Source of the DNA: Paramecium tetraurelia
Lineage: Eukaryota
Direction: 5' to 3'
DNA: 64,000 nt
Assembly: GCA_000165425.1 (NCBI GenBank)
Contig: CT868680.1
Location: forward strand, 62,001-126,000
Within the stretch, counting starts at the first letter, position 1. The number at the start of each line of letters is the position of its first letter. The notes beneath the pieces are model-generated. The model was not told the origin of the DNA, did not search any database, and worked only from the letters and a program-made list of their open reading frames with translations. Positions 26,403 through 39,679 of this stretch are shown here, one piece after another. The translations under genes and the position numbers were made by a program.

Positions 26403-27676
26403 TCAATGAAGGATAGTGACGAAATCGTCTTCATCACTTACGCAATAATATGACTATGCCAGCTGGTAATATACATGGGTTTCTGTTAGTGCCATAAAAA
26501 ATGATTCGCCATTCTCTGATTTTGTTTATTTTAACTAGATAATCATAAACTATATTACCCTTCTCCACAAATCTAACAAATCTAAGGCATTCTTAACACA
26601 AAACGATATGGCCATTGATGGATCAAGTTAATTGCTGTCTATTAATTGAATGCTTTAACAAGTATATGAGGATCGATCATTTTCCATTTCTTAGTAATTT
26701 TATGCGTTTTAAACATAATGAGGGTCCAAGTAGATATAATAATTTCCAACTCTTCCCAAGATATACAAGGCTTTGTTAGGGAATCCACCTAAGATACCTT
26801 GGAATTAGGGGTATGTCATTATGTCATTCAAGACTTTTAGATATTCTTGATTGCAAGTATCCAATCCAATTCTTGTTAAAATAAAGATTGAAACTCCAAA
26901 TTCATCATTTTAACCTTTCTCTATCTATTCTTTAAGCCATTCTTCATCTCCTCCATTTTTATTGAACATTAAACTGATTACATCACTTAAAATAAAGGCA
27001 TTTTCATGATTTATGTGCATTCTCAGATTTTTTTAGTCTATTTTATTAATGAATTAATGATACATTTAGAATATCGAAAGAGATACTTCAATACAAACAA
27101 AATATCGTTTGGTTTGTACCATTCTCCTGGCGATTTCTAAAGTTCTAGTTTTGTCTGAACTACAATCTTCTATATGGAGAATGGTGACTTATATTGGATG
27201 GTTTGATCCCCATCATTGCGATCCATAAATTTAGACAGTTCTTCTTCATCATTATCCGCGAATTGTTAAATTAATTCTGTCAACTCTTAAGAGGAGCTCA
27301 AATTATAAAAGTACTTGATCTATTAACACATGGCCATCTAGCCTACACGAAGCATACATCCCCATCCTGTATCTGAGGTAAGTGTACTATCTTAAATCTA
27401 TTATATAATTTAAACATTATAGTTAGAGTATTTTGCTTCGATATGAAAACCAAATCGTGCCTTCAAATAAGCTCTTCAATTTCTCCATCTTTTACTATCA
27501 TATAACATGTGAAATTCTATTACGTCAACTGCTAGATCATCATTTATTACGTGATTGAGAATGTAAATATTATTAGGAATTTACCTCAATCTTTTCTCAC
27601 TGTCTTGAAAATAGGAAATCAGAAAGAATCTAAGATTGTACCATCCATCTATGAAGGTTCCATAAATATATTACAT
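26403..27676 (-). CDS. ATG4: Autophagy cysteine protease Atg4 (peptidase C54)
   Basis: IWFSYR, LTSDTGWGCMLRVGQM (catalytic Cys), IYLDPH (Asp/His), IDPSMAISF, C-terminal SDEDDFVTILH. An alternative in-frame ATG lies at 27691. Confidence 0.93.
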
Positions 27677-27687
27677 ATTATTAATAA

Positions 27688-28861
27688 TCATAATTTCTAA
27701 CCAATAAAATATATATCAATATCCCCCAGACATTTCATTAGCCAGCCAAAAAAACAAGGATGACTATGACTATATATGGATTTGAATGTTTCAAATGTAA
27801 CTATTATATCATCGTCTTTTTAAATGGGTAATTAATAAATGTTATCTTCTTTATCAACAAATTAATGTTCTTTGAAATTAGAAATCATCATTTTTTTTTT
27901 AATTTGATATACATCTAATTTCTATTTACGAAGCTTCTCAATAATCATTTCCTATTCTCGCTTATACCTTCGAAATGTCAGATTAGGAATCTTTAACAAT
28001 TTCGTATGATATGTCTTGTAATTGTCTCTATGATTGAACTCTTACCTCTGTCTTAATGTCCTTATTATGAAATTTGAATCGTCCGAAAAGCATTACTCAG
28101 AGGTTAATAATTAAAATAAGGAGTTGGAATCCAATATTGCCGAGTAATTATCTTAAAACACATAAAAACAGTAAAACAGAATATCTAAATTAAATCATGA
28201 TTTACCAACTTTAGTCCAATCATTGAAACCCATGATCATATCGCAGTATTGCTTATAATTCATATTTTAAGGGACTTACAAATATCTAACTGTTTTTGTG
28301 GCGATCTATTCATTATGAAAAATCTGTATCAAATATTAATAAAGTCGGCTTTGCTCCAATATTGGTATTCCTGCAATGGGCTTAGCCAGTTTTCGGAATA
28401 TGTCAATGCATTTTTCTTATAATTATTCTTCAGAATACATCATCATTTGATTAATAACTGAAATACGTAATTTAAGCCTCCTTCTCTTTACCTAAGAGTT
28501 TTTCATAGTAGTATTCTTTATAGGTAGAGTCTAAACACGCTAATTTAAATCTTCTTTGGTTTCAGTCCGTAAAATTTTTACCGAATGGTTCATGCGGGTT
28601 TTTGATTCATCAGCAATATCTGTGATTGTGATGTTATGTAATTTTGCATTATAAAATAGTTGCATTTTATTCTACTTTTGAGATTTATTTGATTTCATAA
28701 TCTAATTAGACTAAAATTGCTACATTTGTCGAGGATTGTATTATAGGTTTCAGATTTAGCTCTAATCCTTCCTCGAATATTTTTTAGATAGTATATTGTA
28801 ATGGTTAGTGAAGTGAAAGTGTTATTCTATTCTTTCTATTTTTTATTTGCTGTTCTTCCAT
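27688..28861 (-). CDS. Hypothetical protein with degenerate EF-hand-pair-like segment
   Basis: ATG 28861, 22- and 21-nt introns restore the frame. MNYKQYCDMIMGF...ILFYCFYVFQDNYSAILDSNSLFQLL. TGA 27688-27690. Confidence 0.7.
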
Positions 28862-29598
28862 TACTAGTATTTTATTATTTATTATAAATTATAAATTTTC
28901 TTTTAAATTAATTACTTCAATGATGCTAAATTAAAATCATATAGCAACATGTTTATATATTAATTTCAACAAATCTATTATAATGTTTTGGGAATTCATT
29001 ATATTTTATAGTTATTTATTATAAAAATACTTTTTATTTGAATTACACATTCAAATTTTTACTTTTTATCATAACATTGTTAAATTATTATATTTGTCCA
29101 AGCATTTATAAATATATGAGTATTTTTAAATATTGAAATGTCATAATTAATGAAGAAGAAAATAAATGAGAGAGTCTTTAATTATTGGATAATTCACATT
29201 TTTTTAATTTCAAAAAAACTATAATTTAATTAACAATTAAATCTACTTTGATTTTTAAAACCCTAATGAAAAAATTCTCACAGAGTAGCACAGAAGAAGG
29301 TATTGGATTAAATTAGTAACATATTTAACAAGACTTTAATTATCCTGTTTTCAATAACATAATATTATAATGTTTAGTATTTATGTGCTGCCACTAATCC
29401 TTTTTCTACTCCTGAGAAAATCATTTTGATTTTGAACCTTATAGATAATTACTTACTCCATATTGATATACTCAACAAGTTGAAGGATAGAGCAAACAGA
29501 ATTTTCGTTTTTTCAAATTAATTGTGTATGAAAATTATTATATAGTAATGGAAGAGTTTATGAAATAAAATATGTATCGTAAAATTTAAATTAAAGGA

Positions 29599-30740
29599 TC
29601 ATTATTTGAAATATATAGGCGAAGATCTAACAATCCTAGAAAAGGGTCCTATATATCCATCAAAAATATAGGCAAATAATGTATGCACATAATTTGTATG
29701 GCATGGAAGATTCTCATAGTATTCTGGAACCATTTTTCTTAGAAATGGTAACCTAGTCCAGGGAATCATAGGAAAATCATGATGTTCAGTGTGATATCCA
29801 ATATTAAGAACAAAGAAATTAGCCCAACCAATATAATCATATGTTTCCATTCTATTAACAAACTCATAATGTTCTGCTATCAGGTGAGCAGCAAAAGGAT
29901 GAACACTAAATTTGACTCATATTGATACCTCAACCCAAAATAAGTAGATAGTAAAAGCCATAGTAGTCCTTATACTCCTATATATTGAACTATCAAATAG
30001 TCCACGAATAAGACAGAAACTGCATTAATTACTTCATAAGCATTTGGCTTGAGTGGTCTCAAAATCACAGGTCTTAATGCATAAAATAAGGGTAGGCAAG
30101 CCACAAACAAAAATTTCATTACTGGCCCTTTTATATACTTTAATTCTAATCTAGATGGGAGATCTGGGTCTAGAGTTTCCAAATTTAAGAAGGTATGATG
30201 ATCTGCATGATATCTAAACACATTTAAAGATGTATCTATACCTGCCAAAAGTGATAGCTGAGGGAACTCCTTATCCAAAGTTTGCCCAGATCGCCATCAA
30301 TTTATTAAGTGCTAAGCTTTCAAAACATGTAAAATGTGTAAAATCATGTACCAAAACATGGAGTGCATGACTCAATGTTGCACCAAAAACATAAGCAGTT
30401 ATCACAAACCAAAATAAACTGAGCTAGTTGAAAAGACTAATGAAGCTGAATTGCACTAACACAAATGTAATTCCTAACCAAGCTGAATTGATGTCATTTC
30501 CAAATAACACTTATATTTCTGGATGCTTTTTCAATATTTCTCTTCTTCTGACCGCATGAGATTCTTCATGACCTTGATAATCTTAATTGAATATTTACCC
30601 ATAATGTGGAAATAAGCAGTATTTTTTTCAAAATTTGTTTATTTATAAATTTAGTCACTCTTCCATGATACATCATTACTTTTTTTAATGAGTCCTGGCT
30701 CTGTTAGATCTTCCAAAAGTCCGAATTGATTTTTCTTCAT
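29599..30740 (-). CDS. Sphingolipid delta-4 desaturase (DEGS/DES1 family)
   Basis: EESHAVRRREILKKHPEI, His boxes HDFTH, YHADHH, GYHTEHHDFP; tiny introns (first 30573-30598). Confidence 0.93.
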
Positions 30741-31588
30741 TTCAAATAAATAATATTATACATGTATTCAAAAAACATGTTAAATAATCTAAAAAGAATT
30801 CGGAAAGTCCAAAAATTTAAATCATTTCATTTTTATTTACTATTTTATAATAAATGTTATAAATCTATTCACACTTTATTTGATTCTTAAGAGTGGACAA
30901 ACAATATTCACTATCCTTTTTATAATTATTAAACTACAAAGTATTCAATTAAACTCAAATTAAAGATTAAAATACCTTAAAAGAAGATTGGTATTAAATG
31001 ATTCTAATGTGAGAATGGTCTGATATTTACTTAAAGAATTGTTGAAAAAAGTTAAATTAAAATTAGGAGCAAACTTGAGAATAAATTGATATTAACCAAT
31101 TTGTAGATTAATAACTAGTTAACGATAATTATAATTAGCAAAATTGAAGAATTTTAAACCAATTTATTGTAAATCAAACTGAAATAAATGCAAATCTGTT
31201 AGAAATCATGAAATTATAATCTTATTTGATATTAATTATCAAGCTAATAATTTAGCATTTTAATTTCATTAAGAATAGTGAATAAATGATTAGATAATTC
31301 AACAAGGTTAAATTTATTAATACTTTAATTTACTCTAATACTTTAAAATAACTAATACTTCATCTATTTAGTAATATAGCATTATTACTCTCCTTTAAAA
31401 ACGGAGACATCAGCCAAGGAATTACAATATAATATCATCATTAATTTATTATCATTTTTTGAACTCCTTATTAGCAAAGGTTAAAGGAACTCCTAACTCT
31501 TTTTGGGAGAAATATATATATAAATTGTTTAGGGATATCGAACTTGTATATTAATCTCATATTTAAATCTTTTTTAAAATATAAAAAT

Positions 31589-32057
31589 ATGGTCAGCAGA
31601 TTAAGAAAATGCAGAAAGATGAGAGGACATGTTTGCCATGGTTATGGTAGAGTTGGAAAGCATAGAAAGCATCCAAGCGGTAGAGGTGTTTCAGGAGGTT
31701 TGACACATCATAGAATCAACTTTAACAAATATCATCCTGGATATTTCCAAAAAGTACATTTGATTAGTTAAATCGTAGACTGGAATGAGACATTTTCATT
31801 TGAAAAAGAACTAACTACATAAACCAGTAGTTAACATTGACAAGTTATGGTCACTTGTTACAGATGAAACCAGAGAAAAATATTCCAAATCTAAAGATAA
31901 GGCTGCAGTGATTGATGTTACCAAGGCAGGTTATTTTAAGGTCTTGGGCAAAGGAAGATTACCAAATCAACCAGTTGTGGTGAAAGCTAAATTCTTTAGC
32001 AAAACTGCAGAAAGAAGAATTAAGGCTGTTGGTGGAGCATGTATACTTGTTGCCTGA
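31589..32057 (+). CDS. RPL27A: 60S ribosomal protein L27a (uL15)
   Basis: [33 protein letters not shown]...; 25-nt intron 31754-31778; ends [15 protein letters not shown]. Confidence 0.98.
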
Positions 32058-32119
32058 TAAAATTTATATACATTAAAAACATCTGTCAAATACAAATATT
32101 TATATAAGAGAATCTGTTA

Positions 32120-32446
32120 TCAATTAAATGAATGCTAGTCTCCACAAGTGTGTAAGAAATAATGGATTATTTATTTATTTTTTGAATGCAATTATTCTAG
32201 CTACTATTGGAAAATTTACTAAGTGTTCTTGTAATAGTTTCCCTTATTTGGGAGTTTGTTCCTCTGAAGGGAAAAAGAGGGACTGTTATGTATTAGTTAT
32301 TTATAACAAAATAAATTTAATATTGATTTTAGCCATTTTATAGAAGGCATAGGTAGAGCCAGGCTTTGAGTATGTTTTGGAATTATTATGAAGGGCTTAT
32401 CAATAATAATGGAAGATAAGTAAATTTAAGGATTATTTTTATTCAT
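32120..32446 (-). CDS. Hypothetical small protein (108 aa)
   Basis: MNKNNPQIYLSSIIIDKPFIIIPKH...HTCGDQHSFN-TGA fills the space between RPL27A and COMMD4. Confidence 0.5.
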
Positions 32447-32498
32447 TTATAACAATCGAGTTTTTCGAAATATATAAGAATGCATAAATATTAATATT

Positions 32499-33154
32499 AT
32501 GAGATTTTTATTTTGCGGAGACAGCAATTGTCCAGAATGGTTTTTGGCTGAGTCAGCTCTTCTGACTAAAATTGTATTAGTGTTGCAATATAAGTTTAGG
32601 CTTCTGTCAAAATGAAATTAGTGACATAATACATTTTATAGAATATAGTCGAAGGAGTCGACACTTCTGCAAAGATATTTAAGATGTTGGAAGGATCAGG
32701 TTTTAATTAATAGGAAATCAATTCAACTATTGCATGTGTATCATATATAGTTGAAAACTCTGCAAAATATGATGTTTCAGAATAGGTATTAATAAAAGAG
32801 CTTATTGATTTGGGTTTGCCTAAAGAAAATTGTGAATAGTTGAGCAAAACCTTTAAATAATATAAGGATAAGTTATAACAGGTTTACGAGAACCAAATAA
32901 TAAGAAGTATAATAATAATATTATTCAAAGTTGGAAAGGCTGTAGAGTTTCATTATGGAATAAGTAAATTCATAGTATCCGAGAGTGTGGTTCCTTAGAA
33001 ATAAATTGAAGGTAACAGATTTATAGACACAAACATCACATTCCAGCATGATAATGGAAAATAAGAGTGTTGTCAATTTGTGATATTTCCAGAATAACTG
33101 GAAGACATGCTTAACAGTTTTAAAAAAGCATAGAAACTAATGATGTAGTTGTGA
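32499..33154 (+). CDS. COMMD4: COMM domain-containing protein 4
   Basis: MRFLFCGDSNCPEWFLAE, SAKYDV, ELIDLGLPKE match COMMD4; two tiny introns. Confidence 0.9.
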
Positions 33155-33769
33155 TTACATTAAACCACATATTAGATATTTATAAATCTATTTATTCAAA
33201 TTTGAGATTTTATAATCCTCCATTAAGTTTGTATCATAACTAAAGAAAATATCTTAAGGTGTCTCTTTAATTCTAATCAATACTATCAAATAGTATCAAG
33301 TATTTAAATATCTAACCATATTAATCTCTACAATTTCTATGAATCCTCAAATTCAAAGAGGAAAGTTTCAGACACTAAATATCATCCTTTCAAAAAACTC
33401 TTTTAAAGAATTCCTTTAAAAATTTGATTAGTTTAATAGGTTGCTTATTAGACATTTTTTGAATTTATGGACTCTGGCGATGTAAATTAAAACAATTAAA
33501 AATAAAAAGTTTATAAATTGAATTGAATTTCAATTTTCAGAAATAAATTAGCAATCTTTTGTTATTTGGAAGAATACGAAATAAACACTAGGATATGGTT
33601 TCAAGACCTTTGGCTAAGAATATGTGGGTAAATATGCTTAGCTAAACGAAAGAATATCCTAAAATGATTATTTCTGATTATATCTGATAGAGTGACATGT
33701 TAATAAAGAAATTTATAAAGTGTAATTAAGAAAATATTGAAAATATCAAACAATTAAAAAAAACTTAAA

Positions 33770-34555
33770 ATGATTATTTTTGTTAGAAATGGAGAAAGAG
33801 ATAAGAAATATGATGGATTAAATAAAGCAGGTGCAGACTAAGCATTGAAAAGGGCAAAGGAAATCAAAACCTAAATTTAGGATTATTGTAATGAGAATGA
33901 TTATGAGTTGTCTGATATCAACCTAATTATTTGCTCATCACCATTTAAGAAATGTTTAGAAACAGCAGATATTATTAAACAGAATATCGAATCAAAAGAG
34001 TTAAAGTTTAAGAAGAAATATAACAAAATATTCACACAATATGAATTGGGAGATTATTAACATCCAAAATTATGCTCAGCAGAAGATGTTAGTTTGGATT
34101 TTGCAGGAGCTTATATAAAGTCTGTAACTAAAGAAACTTTGATTGATCCAAAGTAATTGCCTCAAAATAATTATAAGAAGGAGACTAGTGAATAAGTAGA
34201 AGAAAGAATAGGAGCAGCAATTTATCAGATCACAAACAAATTATAAAATAGCAAAGATAATACCAAATAGGTGTATATCATTATTACACATAAAGTTACT
34301 CTTGAAATATTAGTTGATATTTTTGAAGGGAGCAGAGAAATTTCTGAATCAGGACTTATTACTATTAAGTTTAAATCAGATTCCACTTTTGGAATAAGCT
34401 TCGTCGGAAAAGTATTTAAAATGAAAGAAAAGAAATAAATAAACGAATAGTTTGAAGATTTTTAACAAAATATTTCAGAGGATGAAGATTAATAATAAGA
34501 AGATGAAGAGTAATAAGAAGATGGAGAGTAATAAGAAAATGAAGATAGTAACTGA
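33770..34555 (+). CDS. Histidine phosphatase (PGAM) superfamily protein, probably inactive
   Basis: MIIFVRNGER (RHG changed to RNG), LNKAGADQA, SSPFKKCLETA, IITH; acidic repetitive tail. Confidence 0.8.
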
Positions 34556-34932
34556 TATATATTTATGTTTATAAATCCTTTAAGTGAATTTACGCAACTA
34601 TTTACATTTAAATTCTTTAGATTTTATCTTAATATTTCATTATAAAATTTATTGTCAAAGTGAGAAATATAAATGATAATTATTAGTGTCGTTTAATATT
34701 CTTCAGAAAATAGACTAACTCTAAATGTTACTATCATCTTATAAATATTAAATTGTAAATAGATATATTGATCTCTCCTCCAAAAAAATAGTCAATATTC
34801 GCATAATAGAAATGAAACATATTCAATTAAAGAGAAATATAGCGATAGGAATTGGTATGTTAATAGCAAAAGATTTATAATCAGGTGATTTAAATTGAAT
34901 CTAAATAATATAAATTATTAAAATAAAATTAA

Positions 34933-35819
34933 ATGAATTATTCTGCACTGGCTAAGGAAGTTTTTGAATTACAGAATAAAGTGCGATAAGACCCATCTCT
35001 AATGATTCCAGTTCTAGAAAATAGGCTCAAATACTTTAAAGATAAGATCATTCACATGCCAGGAACTTAGGCTACCAATACAAAGGAAGGTGCAAGTTCT
35101 GTTCAAGGTAGATCAAGTATCTTAACTTAGAATGCATCGATTTCCTTAAAAAACAAAAACCAGTTGGGCCCTTGACTTATGATAAAGGACTGGAAGAAGC
35201 AGCAAGAGATCATGCAGAGGATCTAGGTAATACAGAATATGATTCTAGGAACTAATGGTCTGACCGGACATGAGGGAAGTGATCATTCAACGACAAAATA
35301 AAGAATAGAAAGACATGGTTCATGGAAACCAGGCACAATTGGTGAGAATATAAGTTTTGGAAAATCCACAGCTGAAGATAGTAAATTATAAGTTTAAGAT
35401 TTTTAGTTGTCATATAATTGATTGTCGATGATGGTGTTCCAAGCAGAGGACACAGATCTAATTTCTTTGAGCCTGCCTATAAATAAGTCGGTATTTTTGG
35501 AGCTCCTCACAAGGCCTTCAAGTTTGTATTTGTCTTCGATTTTGCTTCAAAATTCATATAAGGAGGCAAACAAGAGTAATAATAGGGAGAATAAGAGAAG
35601 GAGAAAAAAAAGAAATAAGAGAAAAAATAAAAGGATGATGATGATGATGATAAAAAAGATGAAGGAAAAGAAAAGTTGATTCCAGGGGCTAAGAAAGTTT
35701 AGAAGAAGGTTAAAACTGTTACCAAAGGTGGTAAAAAACACATTATAACCACAAAAATTTATACTATGAATGATGGTACCACTTAAGAAGAAGTCACTGA
35801 AAAAGTGGAAGATGCATGA
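34933..35819 (+). CDS. CAP/SCP domain protein
   Basis: QNKVRQDP, AARDHAEDLG, TGHEGSD, GENISFG, IVDDGVPSRGHR; charged C-terminal tail; three tiny introns. Confidence 0.9.
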
Positions 35820-35856
35820 TTATCGTATGAAATATAAAATGACGGGTTAAAATTGT

Positions 35857-37332
35857 TCATTCCATTTCTACGACTATATTTTCGGGTAAAAAGATCTTCA
35901 CTTCTCCATTTCTTAGATAAACCTAAAAAGATCCATTTTGCACTAAAACGCAGTCTCCAGTGAATAACACATTGCATAACTTAGTTCCATCAGCATAAGG
36001 ATGATAAGTTATCTTCCTTATCACATCTCTGTCATATTTGCTAGTAAAGGCAGCAAATAATTGACCTCTAGTGAATGCATAGAAATCATTATCTGCATAT
36101 CTCTGTACTTGTTCCTATGCTCCTGCATTAACTGCTTTTCTTGCTTAATTTATCTTTTTGATAAATTTATAAGTATCCGAATTTCTAAAATTTCATAAAT
36201 CAAGATATTTACTCATTAAAAGAATTCCACATTATTTCTCTATTCTTTGGATCTCCACCTCCAGTGAATAACTACTCAGATCCATAATACATAATTGGAA
36301 CCCCAATGGATGTCAGAGTGAAGGCTGTAAAAGCTTTAAATTAGAGTATTTTAAGTGCTGAAGCCGATACACCATTGACTTCATCACTCAAAAATCTAGC
36401 ATTGTCATGATTGTCATTAAATTATGCCATATAAGGAATATTATTCTTACCATATGTTTGTAATTGATTATAATAAAAACTTTCTATTCTATACATATCA
36501 CCCCAATGTAAAAATACATCTCTAAGAGTAAAGAACAATGGATAATTTAATAAGCCATCCATTGGTCCTATGAATTGTTTCAAGAATCCCATATCTCCAT
36601 CAAAGACTTCGCCTATTGAATAAATCCCTGTTGCTTCTGTAAACTTCTTCCAAAACTCTCCCTTTACCATCATTGCTGTATCTATTCTGATACCATCAAT
36701 ATTGAATTCACTCACTACCCATTTAATCCAATTAATCAATTCATTTGCGACATAAGAATTATCTTAATTCAAATCAGCCAACATAAATAATCTACATCTT
36801 TCGATATTCACTAAATTGTGAGTAGCAAAATCTGTATCTGATATCTCGCATAAGTCATGAAAATGGGATGATGAGTTAAAAGGATAATTACGTGAAAAAT
36901 CTAGATCTTGATTCCCCATATGATTAGCCACTATGTCAATCATAACCCAGATATCCTTCTAATGGCATGCATTTACAAGATCCTTTAGATCCTATGCTGT
37001 TCCGAAATGCTCATTAATTTAATAGATATTTTTAGCAGCATATCCATGATAAGCTCCATCATAATTTTGAACTATAGGGGATATCCAAATAGCATCAAAG
37101 CCCAAATCTTCCAATCAATAATAATGATACTTTTTATGTAATCTAAATTCTTTTCAATTCCTTTGAAGTTTCCTCCACAGTAGTTTCCTAAATTGCAGCT
37201 TGTACTATTTGACTTTGTGGAAGCATATCGATCAGTTAACAATTAATAGATAGTTCTATTTTTCCATTCCTCTTTGGTTCTACAATAATGTAATGATATC
37301 ATCATCATTATACATAGAATCTAATTAAACAT
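35857..37332 (-). CDS. Secreted alpha-amylase (GH13, Taka-amylase-like)
   Basis: Signal peptide, EWKNRTIYQLLTDRY, GFDAIWISP, AYHGY, DIVANHMG, DGIRIDT, GEVF, NHDNARF. Confidence 0.95.
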
Positions 37333-37375
37333 TATTTTATATATAATAGTAATTTAACTATGTATAAATTTTAAA

Positions 37376-39218
37376 TCACTGCAAATTCTTCATAATATTC
37401 TGGTTTTGAACTCGCCTTTTTTCTTCATCAAATCACACAAATTTCCATTATAATTCTGTTTAAACAATTGTCTATGATTGCTAATATTCATGTTTATATA
37501 AGGGGAGAATTATGGATTCTTTTCAGCCATCTAATTTTAATTATTAAATACCTAATGAGATGTATTCAACTTTGAAGTTTTTTCAAAGTATTTAGATGCT
37601 TCTTCATTTTTATTTGGTTGAGTTTTATTTCTTTATCTTACTTAAGCATAAATACCTTTCTAAATACTTAAGTTCTCCTCATTATTATCAGTTTTTATTG
37701 CTTATTCTAAATCTCTTCTTTACATAGTTGCCTGATGTTTTGAATTTTTTCTAGATTAACTTCTAGATCTAAGATATTCAATTGATAATCTACCTCTGAT
37801 CTTAGATAATTTGTGTTAAAATGTAAGGCCTTTCGCAATGTTTTTCTTAAACAGAATTAGTCTTTTATCTTTAGTTTTCTATTTGAACACTCACTCTTTT
37901 AGACTAAACCGATAAATTAACTTTTTTGAATTTTTAAGAAATCTAAGTCTTTAAATACGGTGAATTATCTAATTTTGGTCTAATGGATTATTTAGTCTTG
38001 TCTATTTTCTCTAAAATAGGTGACCCTTATTGAGATGGTTGAAACTTTGAAATTGTAAATCTTTTTTGATTGATATCAAGCTTGAGATTACCTAGGTTTT
38101 GAATATTTTGAAAAAAGCTTCTTTTCTGAGGTTGATTGCATTTTTTTTATAACAAGTAATATATGGTAGTCAATGTATTATGTTTATTTTTTTACAATTA
38201 GGTTATAATTTAATTTTGTTGATATCCCATTTCTATCATTTTTGCAATGATTCCTTAGTCATTCAAACTTAGATTCTTGGATGGGATCGATGCGTGCGAC
38301 GAAAAAAATGGATGTTATTTAATTTATTCAATATTAATTCTTTTATTTGGATCTTTGACTAGAATATTTGTTAATAGATCTATGGCATTCTTAGATAAAT
38401 ATTCAGGCTTTTCGAAATCGCTAGTCTTTATTAATTCATATAATTATTGCGTATTTTCATGTTCAAAAGGTAGATATCCACATAACATAGCAAATAAAAT
38501 GATGCCACAACTCCAGATATCACTTTTGGTTCCCTCATAAGTTTTACCCACTTATTATTTTAAATGTATACCAAGCATCTCAGGTGCAGCATAGCAAGGA
38601 GATCCGCACGCGGTTTTAAGATATTCGCCTTGAGTTTAGGAGATAAAGCTTAAGCCAAAATCGGCAATCTTTAATTATCTATTCTCATCTAGCAAAAGGT
38701 TTTCTGGTTTCAAATCTCTATGAGTTATGTTTTAAGAATGCAAATATTCAGTTGCAAAGATCAACTACTAAAAGTAGCGTACTGCTATATTTTCTGGTAG
38801 GCTAATTTCATTTAGGATTCAGATTACTATTTCTTCTTAATTATGTATTCATACAATTCTCCACCCTTCACATATTCCATCACCAGGTACACACATGACT
38901 CTGATTCTAAGATCTCGTTTTTATTTTGATAAAATTACCTCATACAATTTGATTACGTTTGGATGATTAACTTTTTTAAGAATTGAGATTTCCCTTTAAA
39001 CTCTGACTAAATCACTATGTTTTTCGATCATTCTCTTCTCAAGGATTTTGATTGCGACCTTAGGATATTTAGTTTCAATATTACATATTCATCTGCAATA
39101 GTGTGATACCCCAATTAGACCTTGCCAAAAGTTCCTTGGCCCAACGTGCGCTCTTGCTAAAGAGAATATATTTACATAAAACGTAGTTCTACACTTATTT
39201 TTAGTCTTCATCTTTCAT
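37376..39218 (-). CDS. SNF1/AMPK-related (CAMKL) protein kinase
   Basis: [61 protein letters not shown]. Confidence 0.93.
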
Positions 39219-39255
39219 AGTGAATTAAATAATAATTAATTTAACAGTATCAATT

Positions 39256-39438
39256 ATGAAGAAGCAAAGTTAGAAAGAGGAAAAACGAGTTGAACCCAAA
39301 GTAGGATTGCTTGGGACATATGATAATTTAACCAGAGAGTAATTAATTGAAAAACTATTGGTCACTGAAGAGATATTAAAGAAGTTATATAAGGAAAATA
39401 AAGAACTCAAAGAAATGATCAATAAACAACAAAATTGA
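39256..39438 (+). CDS. Small coiled-coil protein (60 aa)
   Basis: MKKQSQKEEKRVEPKVGLLGTYDNLTREQLIEKLLVTEEILKKLYKENKELKEMINKQQN-TGA. Confidence 0.65.
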
Positions 39439-39679
39439 TTAATTTTACTTATAGATTTAGATTTCATTAAAAAACTCATAAACATCGTTCTGCATTCTAT
39501 AAAGTTGTTCTTGTGTTTCCATTTATTATATTGTCCAAAATGGTTGAACTCAAAACACTATATGGTTATCAAAATAAATAGAATTTTAAATACATAATAA
39601 ATATTAACATTTGATCAATGCACTTAAAGAATGAAAATGAAATGAATTATTTTATAATTAAAATTACCGCCAATAATTT

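Noticed and set aside
29138..29560. Short + strand ORFs between the EF-hand-like gene and DEGS
   Set aside because: Interrupted by TGAs with no recognisable product; at most a relic.
30582..30598. Apparent 17-nt ultra-short intron in DEGS
   Set aside because: An in-frame acceptor 9 nt further on gives a normal 26-nt intron (30573-30598) and better motif spacing (FHIMGHEESH).
35547..35859. Apparent antisense overlap of amylase with the CAP gene
   Set aside because: Correct counting of the T-run ends the amylase at TGA 35857-35859; the hydrophobic antisense ORF is a shadow of the charged CAP tail.
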